Assembly (NCBI GenBank): GCA_965220415.1 | Contig: OZ244829.1 | Coordinates: forward strand, 145,327 to 209,326 | Source: Candidatus Poribacteria bacterium | GTDB lineage: Bacteria > Poribacteria > WGA-4E > JAJDTR01 | Direction of reading: 5' to 3' | DNA: 64,000 bases | Shown: in pieces, positions 19,288 through 29,416 of the stretch | Numbering within the stretch: position 1 is the stretch's first letter | How the letters are laid out: each line of letters starts with the position of its first letter | The notes under the pieces: generated by a model | Database searches by the model: none | Seen by the model: the letters and a program-made list of their open reading frames with translations, nothing else | What the model was told of the DNA's origin: nothing | Program-made: the position numbers and the translations under genes

Positions 19288-21072
19288 CTAAATCACATGC
19301 CCGGCAGCCTTTCTCGAATGCGATTTTTCCGGTCGGATTGGAGAAACTTTGACAACGTTTTCCGCGTCGTAGTCGAGCAACTTTAGCCAGTCCTCAACAC
19401 TGTCCGTTGAAGGGAAAATATCGCTTTCGCTATACTCCGCGCCAAGCGCATCCATCAAATCCAGCGCCCCGATACCTGTTTCTTGGTTCAGATTATTGAT
19501 TGCACGTTTAATTGCTGATTCCTTTGCGCGCTGTACAATGGATTCGATGATAGCACCACTGCATAAATTACCGCGATAGAGGATATCCCGCCGTCCATTT
19601 CGCAACCCAACTTCCAAAAACTTATTCTCTTCAGTTGGCTGAAACATTTCGTCGGAGACTCGATCTATCAAATTATTGACAGCCGCTTCGAGATTACCGT
19701 CATGAGTTTTAACAATTTCGGGATCAATAGGGAGTTCCGGCGTCAAGTAGATGCGGAAAATGTCGTTTGCAGCCTCCCTATCGGGGCGCGTCACTTTGAT
19801 TTTTCGATCGATGCGACCGGGGCGCAGGATGGCCGGATCAATAAGGTCGGGTCGGTTAGTTGCGAGAATGATGACAACATCTTGAAGTGACTCAATACCA
19901 TCCATCTCAGCGCAAAACATCGGCACAACGGTGTTCGCTATGTTGTGAGATCTATAAGATCGACGCGTTCCCAAGATTGACTCGGCTTCGTCAATAAACA
20001 CGAATGACAGATAACCATCCTTGCGTTTTTCTCGAGCAATCTGAAAGATTTCACGAACCTTCCGTTCGGATTCTCCCAACCACATATTCAAGATTTCGGG
20101 ACCCTTAATGTGGAGGAAACAGCCTTCAACATCGCTTGCGGTTTCCGTTTTTAACCTTTGCGTCAGGTTATGTGCTGTAGCTTTGCCGATTAGTGTTTTG
20201 CCACAGCCCGGGGGACCGTGTAGGAGGAAGCCCTTGGGTGCGCTATATTGAAAACTCTCAAATATCTCCGGATGCAGAATCGGGAGTTCAATGGTATCTT
20301 TAATAAGGTTTATGGTGTCGTTTAATCCACCAACCTTCTCCCAAGGTATCTCGGGAACTTCCTCCAAGTAGTAGTCTTTTACCTCTTGAGTCTCCAATCG
20401 TTCGAGCGCAACTTTGAAGTTTGGGTCGATACGGACTTCGTCGCCCACTTTCAATTTTTTGTTGGCAAGATCTGTAGATCGTTCCAAAATCACGGCCTGT
20501 GTCGCAGGCTCCTGTCCAACGCGCAATCTACCATCCGGCAAGATGTCGCCAATTTTCCCTATGGGGCCGGCATCGCTATATCCCAGTTCGCCCACTATGA
20601 CATAAGCCTCGTTGAGGAGAACGCTGAAGCCGATTTTGAAGGAGTATGGATCCAACCGGGAGTCAATGTTCGCGAGGTACTCCGAACCACCGACAATTAC
20701 TCGCGCAATGCCTTTCTTAGGGAATCCCAAGAGTGTGCCTATTCGGTTCGCAGGAGCGGTTAGTTTGTCAACTGTTTCCTGCATGTCGACAATCGCTTGC
20801 CGCGCTTCCTGAAACGTGACTTCGTCTTCAATAATGGCACGTCGCAGTTCGTACAGAAGTGAACGTCGGCGATCGTTCTCGTGCATTGTGTAAAGAAGTT
20901 GATCCACGAGCATCAAAGAACGCGGTGTACCTACATCTTCTTCAATTTCATCGGATTCTTCAGCAAAATCGTCATCATATACATCAAGGCCCTCACCAGA
21001 TCGCCTTTCAGATTGAGTCCGATTTTTGTTGTCGCGCATCAAACTTCTCCTGACACAATGTAAATTGAGCAA
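19288..21072 (-). CDS. arc: Proteasome-associated AAA+ ATPase (ARC/Mpa); likely start 21039
   Basis: N-terminal coiled coil and OB region; Walker A GPPGCGKT, Walker B FIDEAES, SRH NRPDLIDPAILRPGRIDRK. Confidence 0.92.
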   Translation of the reverse strand: MLNLHCVRRSLMRDNKNRTQSERRSGEGLDVYDDDFAEESDEIEEDVGTPRSLMLVDQLLYTMHENDRRRSLLYELRRAIIEDEVTFQEARQAIVDMQETVDKLTAPANRIGTLLGFPKKGIARVIVGGSEYLANIDSRLDPYSFKIGFSVLLNEAYVIVGELGYSDAGPIGKIGDILPDGRLRVGQEPATQAVILERSTDLANKKLKVGDEVRIDPNFKVALERLETQEVKDYYLEEVPEIPWEKVGGLNDTINLIKDTIELPILHPEIFESFQYSAPKGFLLHGPPGCGKTLIGKATAHNLTQRLKTETASDVEGCFLHIKGPEILNMWLGESERKVREIFQIAREKRKDGYLSFVFIDEAESILGTRRSYRSHNIANTVVPMFCAEMDGIESLQDVVIILATNRPDLIDPAILRPGRIDRKIKVTRPDREAANDIFRIYLTPELPIDPEIVKTHDGNLEAAVNNLIDRVSDEMFQPTEENKFLEVGLRNGRRDILYRGNLCSGAIIESIVQRAKESAIKRAINNLNQETGIGALDLMDALGAEYSESDIFPSTDSVEDWLKLLDYDAENVVKVSPIRPEKSHSRKAAGHVI

Positions 21073-21303
21073 CGAGATTAAGGAAATCTGTCCTCTGGGG
21101 TGTGCGACTCGCCAATCAAATCGAATCCTGCTTGATTAGAGGATTAACGCTAAAGTCTCACAGAGTTTAGCCGTTTTGTTTCTTCTTCGTGCAATCCACT
21201 TGGTTCGTTTAAATAACTCGTAGTACTTTCGTTTCAACGTCGCGATAAAATTTCCGGCTATTTCCAATTTCCCAAAACTTGAATATTAAGGTTGTTCGCC
21301 TTC

Positions 21304-21468
21304 TATACTCCGCGCTGTCAGAAATTGAGCCTTCTGTAGGAGCGATCTCCAGGTCGCGACCCTTGTACGAGCGAACTACGATTCCCGACCTGCTGGTGCT
21401 ACGTAAATCCTATTAGAAACAAATATCACTGGAAAAGAAAGCACAATAAACACCCAGCGCAAAGTATA
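21304..21468 (+). repeat. Family A repeat, 165-bp variant
   Basis: Left end as in 5929-6068; remainder nearly identical to 56172-56334. Confidence 0.8.
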
Positions 21469-21742
21469 AAACTGGTTTCAGGTTAGTCGGAATCCTAAAT
21501 TGCTTACTGATTAATCCTAGGATTAAAACTAAGCTCACCGCTTCGAGAGATTCTCTTGATTCAGCCGGGCGAAAAACTGTCCGCAAATCATTGAGTCATG
21601 GCAATCTGACGATAGATGGGGTAGAGAAAACGGAGATTTTCATTTGGCAGATGTCACGCTATTCTATCACACTATTTCGGGAATCTCAACGCAAAAAAGT
21701 GAAATTTGGTCCCTGGGGCGGAAAGCAGATTGACACCAAACC

Positions 21743-23233
21743 TCAATGTGTCCCCATCTCGTCCTGGTCTCCAGCATCCGACTGTTTCCAATCTAGCTCG
21801 CTTTCATTCCATTCAAATACCTGCAAGGGGCCAAACTGCAAATTAACGGTTAAACTCTTTGGCGTCGGTGAGCTATCAAATCGATTGAAGTCGCGAATTA
21901 CGACATAGGTGTGTTGACCATCAGAAATTTCCTTGCAAGAGGCGATGAAATCATTAAGATTATGGATCGCCCTGCCGTTGATTTCCTGAATGACTACCTT
22001 TGAATTACCGCTCCGCTCGCGTATACCAACCCGTGAGAAGCTACTTCCTGCATCGGCATGCGTGAGATAAACACCTTCCGCTTTGAAGTAGAGCATGCGT
22101 CGCAAATCCGGAGTGACATCGTGAAATATTGAACCGGCAAAGCGAACAAATCGGCGAACCTTTTTGAGTTCAAGGTCTGCGACCGGTATTTTGACAGTCA
22201 TCTGTTCGCCATTGCGGTAAATCTCCAACACTACATCTGATCCGACGCTGTCGTTGAGCATCGCGTCAAAGGTATAAAGATCGTCGCGGATGAGATTGTC
22301 ATTAATCCGATAAATAATATCCGACGCGCGGAGGAGGTTCTCGCCCGTGGTACGAGGGATAATTGACTCAATCTGGATGACTTTCGGTGTACCTGATTCA
22401 GACGGTCCGATTTCCACACGCGACGATTCCGGCAATCTAAAATGCTTAATTGCCTCGCCAATCGAGATAAGTTCCAGGTCTACACCAATCTCGCCGCGAT
22501 GGATTGAGGTCTTATTCTGAATGTGAGATAATGCATCAATCAAATACTCGATGGGAAGTTCGAAACTAGAGGTGTCGGTTCCTCTAGCGTGAATGGCAAT
22601 CACTTCTCCTTTCGTGTTCCACACCGGACTTCCGCTCGAGCCGCCTGTTCGATCAAAGGTCGTGTGTATGTAACTCGAATGCCTATTTCCTTTGTTCACA
22701 TTAAGGTTGGCGACTTTCCCCTCTTTGATTGAGTATTCCTCTTTATCGTTGTTACCGATTAACAACAGTTCATCGCCTAAGGCAAGATCGCGCCATGCTC
22801 CAAGTTGAACCGCTTCCAGAGAAAACTCGACTTCGCTAGGGTCTATCTGGTAGAAACCGAAATCGTGTGTCGGGTCGTAATAGAAGACCTTTGCCTCCGT
22901 AAAACTTCCATCGTAAAAATTAATCTTAACATAAGCCGGACTGCTTCCTGTGACGTGACGGTTAGTAGCTATAATCCCACGTTCCGCATCTACAATGAAT
23001 CCGGTAGCGAAACTGGTTCCCTTTGCTTCGGTCTCAAAGACAACTTCGGATGAAGTTTCCACATTTACAACCATGGGCTTAAATGCGGCAATCTGATCTG
23101 TCCAGTTATGGGCGGCATGACTTCTCAGTGCAATACCGTGCAATGACAGGAAAATTGCGATACACCAAATGGAAATCGTTTTAGTCCGTCCGCATTGAAA
23201 AAAAGTCGTGGCGATGAGCATTGGTGCCTCCAA
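21743..23233 (-). CDS. Secreted trypsin-like serine protease with PDZ domain, Nma111/HtrA-like; likely start 23221
   Basis: ATGFIVDAERGIIATNRHV (His), HDFGF (Asp) and GGSSGSPV (Ser), followed by a PDZ-like region. Confidence 0.85.
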   Translation of the reverse strand: MEAPMLIATTFFQCGRTKTISIWCIAIFLSLHGIALRSHAAHNWTDQIAAFKPMVVNVETSSEVVFETEAKGTSFATGFIVDAERGIIATNRHVTGSSPAYVKINFYDGSFTEAKVFYYDPTHDFGFYQIDPSEVEFSLEAVQLGAWRDLALGDELLLIGNNDKEEYSIKEGKVANLNVNKGNRHSSYIHTTFDRTGGSSGSPVWNTKGEVIAIHARGTDTSSFELPIEYLIDALSHIQNKTSIHRGEIGVDLELISIGEAIKHFRLPESSRVEIGPSESGTPKVIQIESIIPRTTGENLLRASDIIYRINDNLIRDDLYTFDAMLNDSVGSDVVLEIYRNGEQMTVKIPVADLELKKVRRFVRFAGSIFHDVTPDLRRMLYFKAEGVYLTHADAGSSFSRVGIRERSGNSKVVIQEINGRAIHNLNDFIASCKEISDGQHTYVVIRDFNRFDSSPTPKSLTVNLQFGPLQVFEWNESELDWKQSDAGDQDEMGTH

Positions 23234-23631
23234 AATGTTGAAGTAAGCTAACTTAGGTGGCTGAAGAGACTGCCTCGGTAATTAGCCTATTGATGGATTT
23301 AGATTAAGAACGTTTGTAGACCGAAGCTGAAATCCGAATACCGTTAGAATTATCAGGGCGAATTATAGAATAACACAACCACTCGGAAATTGGAAAAGTA
23401 TTTTGGAGGGTATACGATGCTGGTTTCAATACGACCGAAAAACAGAGAATTTACCGAATTTCTCGGCGTTACTCCGGAACAATCTCACGCCTAAAGACTG
23501 GGTAAGGAACACGTATGCAAATCCAATTGGAATGGAGCGAGCAGGGACGTTACAGAGGAAAGAATTGATTGAATGGAAGGAACCGATACCAATAAATCTT
23601 ACGAGAAAAAGCGATTACTATTTGATATGAC

Positions 23632-24540
23632 TCACTGCTTTTTCCGACTATCTTTTGCGTCGTCTGTAGGCACGTTTTTCGCAGTTGCCGACTTTTTCTG
23701 TGATTCGGCAAGATATTCAAACAGATTGGGGCCATCGGGATCGTCTTCAATGTCAGCAGTTTGACGTGCTGTATCATCCGACACCGTGACGGGCTGTTTC
23801 GGTGTCGATTCGGGCATGTTTTGGGGAGGACGTTGGGCGGTCGTGGCTTGTGCGGCGCCAATTCCGGCGGGTTGTTGGCCGTGTGTTTCAAGTTGTTCTA
23901 TTCGCTCCAATACTTGGTGCAGCGTTTTTCGCACCATCATAAGTTGGTCCTGGAGGGTTTCCACACGGGCGGTTAACTGAGAGACCGAGTCCGTGACATC
24001 TTCTTGGCGGCTTTCGGGTGCGGTGTGCGAAAATACTTGTTTATCAGTATTACTCGCGACATTCGGACTCGGCGGGACAGCCGGAGTTTGAGAGCTTGGG
24101 CTGGATTCTCGGGTTGAACCCTTGGTCGGCGTATCTTCGTGGGAAACATCAAGCAATTTGATTTCATAGATGCCAGAGCCGATTCCTTTAGTTGAAAAGT
24201 ATGAAACCCTGACCCTTACTTCTTGGCCAATCTCCATCTTACCCAAGCGAAGGCTCAGATTCCAGATTACTGCGTCGTTATGCCAAGCAAGTTCCCAACC
24301 TGGCCGGCGATTCAATCCGCGCAGATAAGCGGTAACCAAACTCGTATCGGAAATCTCTTGTACCATCGGCTCGGTGGTTAAGGTTCCCGAAGTTTCGACT
24401 GGCTGAAAATGTGCGTCAACCTCCGTGCGCGGCTGTACAATCGACATGGGGATTTCCCCCTGCTCCGCCTTCATGGTGGTCATCCACACAGCGTCGCTTA
24501 TTCGCTTACACCCGATATTATAATGATATTGAACTGCCAT
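23632..24540 (-). CDS. Hypothetical protein with a small N-terminal domain, low-complexity linker and coiled coil; possible start 24447
   Basis: Long ORF with Pro/Ser/Thr/Gln-rich segments and the heptad stretch VSQLTARVETLQDQL. Confidence 0.6.
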   Translation of the reverse strand: MAVQYHYNIGCKRISDAVWMTTMKAEQGEIPMSIVQPRTEVDAHFQPVETSGTLTTEPMVQEISDTSLVTAYLRGLNRRPGWELAWHNDAVIWNLSLRLGKMEIGQEVRVRVSYFSTKGIGSGIYEIKLLDVSHEDTPTKGSTRESSPSSQTPAVPPSPNVASNTDKQVFSHTAPESRQEDVTDSVSQLTARVETLQDQLMMVRKTLHQVLERIEQLETHGQQPAGIGAAQATTAQRPPQNMPESTPKQPVTVSDDTARQTADIEDDPDGPNLFEYLAESQKKSATAKNVPTDDAKDSRKKQ

Positions 24541-24603
24541 TGCCCATGTCCCAGCCGAGATTGTTAACGGCAGATTAAAATTGACTCTCGAACTTGTTTT
24601 TAT

Positions 24604-25515
24604 CTATTCCATCCGGTTTGGGTTCAAGCGATTTCGGATTGAATCTAACGTTGGAATGTTTGCTGTATACCGACCTTCCACTGCGAATGATGCGGCACAG
24701 TGTGCAAAATTCAATGCCTCCTGTGGTAATTGTGTTTCATAATATTTTATTAGAAATGCCGCGGCAAATACGTCGCCAGCCCCCGTAGGGTCAATTTCGT
24801 TCGCGGGATAAGCGTTTGAGTCCAGAACCCGACCATTTTCATAAAGGGTAGCCCCTTCCTTTCCCTTTGTCAATACCACAATCTTCGTCAGTTCAATATA
24901 TTTTTCAAGTTCGTCGGGATATGTGCTCAAATCTTCATCACTCAGAATTAGCACATCGGCGTGCGGTAAAATTAACGTGGCGGAACTCCAACGCTTGGCA
25001 ATGGCTCGGGAATCACTGTTTCGATGCCGCATCCAACCTTGCGGGGTGACGCCAATTAGCGAACCGCTGAAACTATGGATACAATCGGGATCCACTTCGT
25101 CAGCAATCGGACACAAATACGCAATTTGGGCTTCACAACAATCGCCCGTGACATGTTGCGGCTTCAATTTTGTCCCTAGCGCCAGGATCGATTGTTGGCG
25201 TTGACCATTCTCGCGATAACGGTTGTCAAAAATTGTAGTGTTGGAAGATTCTTGGTAAGTGATTTCGATACCATCCAACAACAGATTGCGTCGATCAAAG
25301 TCATCCCCCACTGCGGTAATGACACGGGCCTTGAAACCTAAGTTGCGGGCGGTAATTGCCGAATACGCCGCCGATCCGCCAAGCACATACCCGTTGGGGG
25401 TAACATCATAGCAAAAATGTCCGATGGCGAGAAAGGTTGCAGTCATTCTCCATGCCGGAATGAACCAATGTGCGCAAAGCGAAGCATTTTGTAACGATTT
25501 TACAGATGAATCCAA
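24604..25515 (-). CDS. PfkB family carbohydrate kinase; likely start 25446
   Basis: GGSAAY and DPTGAGDVFAAAF motifs. Confidence 0.88.
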   Translation of the reverse strand: MDSSVKSLQNASLCAHWFIPAWRMTATFLAIGHFCYDVTPNGYVLGGSAAYSAITARNLGFKARVITAVGDDFDRRNLLLDGIEITYQESSNTTIFDNRYRENGQRQQSILALGTKLKPQHVTGDCCEAQIAYLCPIADEVDPDCIHSFSGSLIGVTPQGWMRHRNSDSRAIAKRWSSATLILPHADVLILSDEDLSTYPDELEKYIELTKIVVLTKGKEGATLYENGRVLDSNAYPANEIDPTGAGDVFAAAFLIKYYETQLPQEALNFAHCAASFAVEGRYTANIPTLDSIRNRLNPNRME

Positions 25516-25551
25516 GAAAAGTCAAGAAGATTTTGCACGGTTGAAGGCGGT

Positions 25552-25691
25552 TATACTCCGCGCTGTCAGAAATTGCGTCTTCTGTAGGAGCGATCTCCAG
25601 GTCGCGACCTGCGTTCCCGGTAGGTGCGGTTTCCAACCGCACCTACCGCCAGACGCTTGAAAACACGCAATTTTCAGCAGCGTGAAGTATA
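25552..25691. repeat. 140-bp family A element, copy 2
   Basis: Near-identical to 5929-6068. Confidence 0.85.
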
Positions 25692-25935
25692 TTTCTGTTG
25701 GCGCCTTCCATTCGTCTTGAGCGCGGAGGAGAAGATTGGTGATTGGGTTAGAAGACTCCATCGCGCTGGGATCTCTATCGCGCGGAATTGTGTTTGATTC
25801 TCAGAATCAGATGGGGTTGTCCTGGAGATTCGTCATTTCCCGTTGACGGAAGCCAGCGTCTGGTGATATAGTGGCGATGCTTTGAACTCGGCGATTTGAC
25901 CGCATGTCTCAACGGAATCAGGTTTTGAACGAAAG

Positions 25936-27435
25936 ATGGGACGAAAGACAAATCCACCCTATGTACTTTCTATCGATCAAGGTACAACCGGTTCCACAGT
26001 CTTATTGGTTGATTCGCACGGGGAGATTGTCGCGCGTAGCTATCAAGAGTTGAGGCAACACTATCCACGTCCGGGATGGATCGAACAAAATCCGGTCGAG
26101 ATTTGGGAGAAGACGCTCTACGCCATCCATGAAGTGGTTGGCAATTGCGAAATCTCTGCAAACGTCATCGCCGCAATCGGAATAACTAATCAACGCGAGA
26201 CCACCATCCTCTGGGAGCGGGATACGGGTAAACCCATTTACCCGGCAATTGTTTGGCAATGCCGACGCACCATGGACGAATGCAATGAACTGAAGGACTT
26301 GGGACTGGAAGATGGTATTCGTACAAAAACAGGTTTGGTGCTCGATCCGTACTTCTCCGCGACAAAGATTGCATGGATTCTAAACCGTGTGGATGGCGCC
26401 CGCGAACAGGCTAAGTCCGGGAATATAGCGTTCGGAACGGTGGACACATGGTTACTCTGGAACCTAACTAGCGGTGTGGTTCACGCTACCGATTACACCA
26501 ACGCGTCGCGCACATTGCTGTACAACATCGAAAGGCTTGCATGGGATGATGAACTACTAGATATTTTCCGCATTCCTAAGGAGATTCTGCCGGAAGTAGG
26601 TCGGTCAACGCGCGTGTTCGGCGCCGTGAACGATGTTCATCCCGCTCTGAACGGCATTCCAATAGCGGCGATTGCCGGCGACCAACAGGCGGCACTGTTC
26701 GGGCAACTCTGTACAGAGCCGGGCATGGCGAAAAACACGTATGGCACAGGCTGTTTTCTCATGCTCAATACCGGCGAAGAGCGCGTTCACTCCGACGCAG
26801 GTTTACTGACGACACTGGCGTGCAGCCTTGATGATCAGCCTGTCTACGCGCTCGAAGGAAGTGTGTTTGTCGCGGGAGCAGCCGTGCAATGGCTCCGGGA
26901 TGGCATTGAGATTGTCGGTTCAGCGGCCGAAACCGAAGCGATTGCGACTAGCGTCGAGGACACAGCGGGCGTTGTCGTTGTTCCTGCGTTTACCGGTTTG
27001 GGGGCGCCGTATTGGAACGCCAATGCAAAAGGGGCGATTACCGGTCTCACGCGCGGGACAACTCGCTCGCATATTGTTCGAGCAACGCTTGAGTCGATTG
27101 CATTTCAAACCGCCGATCTGGTCGACGCCATGACAAGAGAATTTGGTACGGCGCATTCTCGGCTGCGAGTAGACGGAGGGGCTGCCGAAAATAATTTCCT
27201 AATGCAGTTTCAAGCCGATATTCTCGGAATGGATGTTGAGCGACCACAGCAGATTGAAAGCACAGGACTCGGAGCTGCTTTTCTCGCGGGATTAACGTGC
27301 GGCGTGTGGGTGCGTGTTGAAGAACTTCAATTGAGTCGGAAGGTCGATCGTGTCTTTTCTTCAAACATGGGCGATCCAGAGCGCCGCGAAAAGTTAGCGG
27401 TCTGGAAAGACGCCGTCCGAAGGGTGATGATTTGA
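25936..27435 (+). CDS. glpK: Glycerol kinase
   Basis: DQGTTGS, TNQRETT, DPYFSATK, GDQQAALFGQ, YALEGS and DGGAAEN motifs. Confidence 0.95.
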   Translation: MGRKTNPPYVLSIDQGTTGSTVLLVDSHGEIVARSYQELRQHYPRPGWIEQNPVEIWEKTLYAIHEVVGNCEISANVIAAIGITNQRETTILWERDTGKPIYPAIVWQCRRTMDECNELKDLGLEDGIRTKTGLVLDPYFSATKIAWILNRVDGAREQAKSGNIAFGTVDTWLLWNLTSGVVHATDYTNASRTLLYNIERLAWDDELLDIFRIPKEILPEVGRSTRVFGAVNDVHPALNGIPIAAIAGDQQAALFGQLCTEPGMAKNTYGTGCFLMLNTGEERVHSDAGLLTTLACSLDDQPVYALEGSVFVAGAAVQWLRDGIEIVGSAAETEAIATSVEDTAGVVVVPAFTGLGAPYWNANAKGAITGLTRGTTRSHIVRATLESIAFQTADLVDAMTREFGTAHSRLRVDGGAAENNFLMQFQADILGMDVERPQQIESTGLGAAFLAGLTCGVWVRVEELQLSRKVDRVFSSNMGDPERREKLAVWKDAVRRVMI

Positions 27436-29178
27436 ATGCATCTGCAATGGAAATACGCACTCGTCGTAAATCTGGCTGTATTAATTGTGTTGGCGGTGTT
27501 CTACATCGTAGATGATTTTAGAGCGCAACGAGAATTAAACAGTCTTTACAACACCGGTCTGGAAAGCGGTGCGGATTTTAAGGCGATTACAGAGAAAACA
27601 ATACGCCCTGCAGTTGTCGATGAAATTGTAAGGTGGCAGTCGTTCAAAAGGGAAGAAATTGAGAGGGTTCTTCAGGAGAAAAAAGATGAGCACGGCGATT
27701 TGAGTGGCGTCGAAGATATTAATGTGACGCATGGTAATTCTACCGCGATTCAGGCAGCACTTACACCCCGGAAGAACGAAGAGGCGTTCCATATTAACCT
27801 CACTCCCGAGGATGAATTTGACATCGAGCGATTTGGTGCGAAACTCTATCCGATAGAAGGAAAGTACGAGACCGCGGTAATTGTCCCTTATCAAGCGGAT
27901 TTGATTGCACAAACAAGTGACAGGCTTATCTTCAGAGTGGAACTCGCGCACCAGAACGATTTGGATCGAGGTCAGATGTCCGAAAATCTTAGGCAAGAGT
28001 TCGTAAATGAGCAAGTTTTTGATTCCAATTTTCAGGAGATAGAGGTTGAGGTAAAAGAAAAGGGACGGAGATGGCTAGTAACTGATACGAGTAATGCGCA
28101 AAGGTATTTGATTTGGCGAAACGAAGACGCACTTGCTGTTCATGTAGACAATCCAGTCGGAATCGAGAAAGAAAGCCTCATTGAAGGATATATTCAAGTA
28201 ATCTTCCGCATTCCCGAGATCCCCAGGATGATTCATAACTCTCGTTTGATGCATCTTGCGCTGCTTGTTGTCATGAGTAGCCTGCTATTCATCATCGTCA
28301 ATATTACGACGACCCGCCTTATTATGCGTCCGCTTGAGCAAATGATGCAGATAATAAGGGGTGCGGAGGCGGGAGATCCGGATTCGCTCCAGCAGTCCTA
28401 TTCATCGGGTGAAATTGGACGGGTGACCTATAGCCTTGTACGAATGCTTAGACAGTTGAAGGGCGCGCACTCAAAACGGATAGCGGCTCTGGAACAGTTC
28501 GCTGGTGGAGTTGCCCACGAGATTCGGAATCCACTCAATTCAATCGGCATGACTGCCCAGTACCTAAAATCTATCTTCTCACAATCCAACGTGAGGGAGG
28601 AAGATATTGAGGAAGCGAGGGAGCTGTTGGGCATAGTCAATGATGAAATCGGGCAGTTGAAGGATATCACCGAACAGTTCTTGACGTTAAATCGTCCGAA
28701 GCATCTCAATTTGGAACCGACGCAACTCGATGACCTGATAGATCGGGTGTTGGCAGAATTTGCACTCAGTATAAAAGAGCCGAAGATTCATGTCGTGAAA
28801 AATTATGACGTTAAGCTTCCCGCCATCAATCTCGATCCGGCATTGATACGACAGACGTTTTTCAATTTCGTGCAAAACAGCATTCAAGCCATGTCCAAGG
28901 GTGGGAGCATCTATATTAGTACGCGAATGGACGAGAAAGGCGCTGGTCAACGCGTAATCGTGGAAATTCGGGATACGGGCATTGGCATCCCGGAGGAAAT
29001 TCAGGAGCGAATCTTTGACGCTTATTTCACTACGAAGGAAAATGAGGGTGGAATTGGACTTGGACTTGCGCTTGCGCACCAAATAATAACCGCGCACCAT
29101 GGAGAGGTTGAAATGAAAAGCAAGGTTGGAATGGGAACAGCGTTTACAATTGCTTTTCCTGTCCAGATTAAGACTTGA
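27436..29178 (+). CDS. Membrane sensor histidine kinase with HAMP domain
   Basis: Two TM helices; H-box VAHEIRNPL; N-box NSIQA; G-boxes DTGIGI and GIGLGL. Confidence 0.92.
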   Translation: MHLQWKYALVVNLAVLIVLAVFYIVDDFRAQRELNSLYNTGLESGADFKAITEKTIRPAVVDEIVRWQSFKREEIERVLQEKKDEHGDLSGVEDINVTHGNSTAIQAALTPRKNEEAFHINLTPEDEFDIERFGAKLYPIEGKYETAVIVPYQADLIAQTSDRLIFRVELAHQNDLDRGQMSENLRQEFVNEQVFDSNFQEIEVEVKEKGRRWLVTDTSNAQRYLIWRNEDALAVHVDNPVGIEKESLIEGYIQVIFRIPEIPRMIHNSRLMHLALLVVMSSLLFIIVNITTTRLIMRPLEQMMQIIRGAEAGDPDSLQQSYSSGEIGRVTYSLVRMLRQLKGAHSKRIAALEQFAGGVAHEIRNPLNSIGMTAQYLKSIFSQSNVREEDIEEARELLGIVNDEIGQLKDITEQFLTLNRPKHLNLEPTQLDDLIDRVLAEFALSIKEPKIHVVKNYDVKLPAINLDPALIRQTFFNFVQNSIQAMSKGGSIYISTRMDEKGAGQRVIVEIRDTGIGIPEEIQERIFDAYFTTKENEGGIGLGLALAHQIITAHHGEVEMKSKVGMGTAFTIAFPVQIKT

Positions 29179-29252
29179 GAAGCGGCGTCGGTTGCGAGTC
29201 ACCGATTAACAGTATATTTTATAAGTGAAATCAATTCACCATTACAGACTTA

Positions 29253-29382
29253 GCGGTTCATTCGCTAAGCGTTTAATGCTTACGAGACTGGCAAAATAAA
29301 CCCGTTCTACCACCCCGGTAGGTGCGGTTTCTAACCGCACCGGCACCCAACACTAACCATATTATTTTGGAAAATAAACCAT
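29253..29382. repeat. Degenerate family C element with an intact REP
   Basis: TTA|GCGGTTCATTCGC left end; contains GTAGGTGCGGTTTCTAACCGCACC. Confidence 0.6.
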
Positions 29383-29416
29383 TAAGTGAGTAAGTTCATA
29401 CCCTTCAACCAAAATC

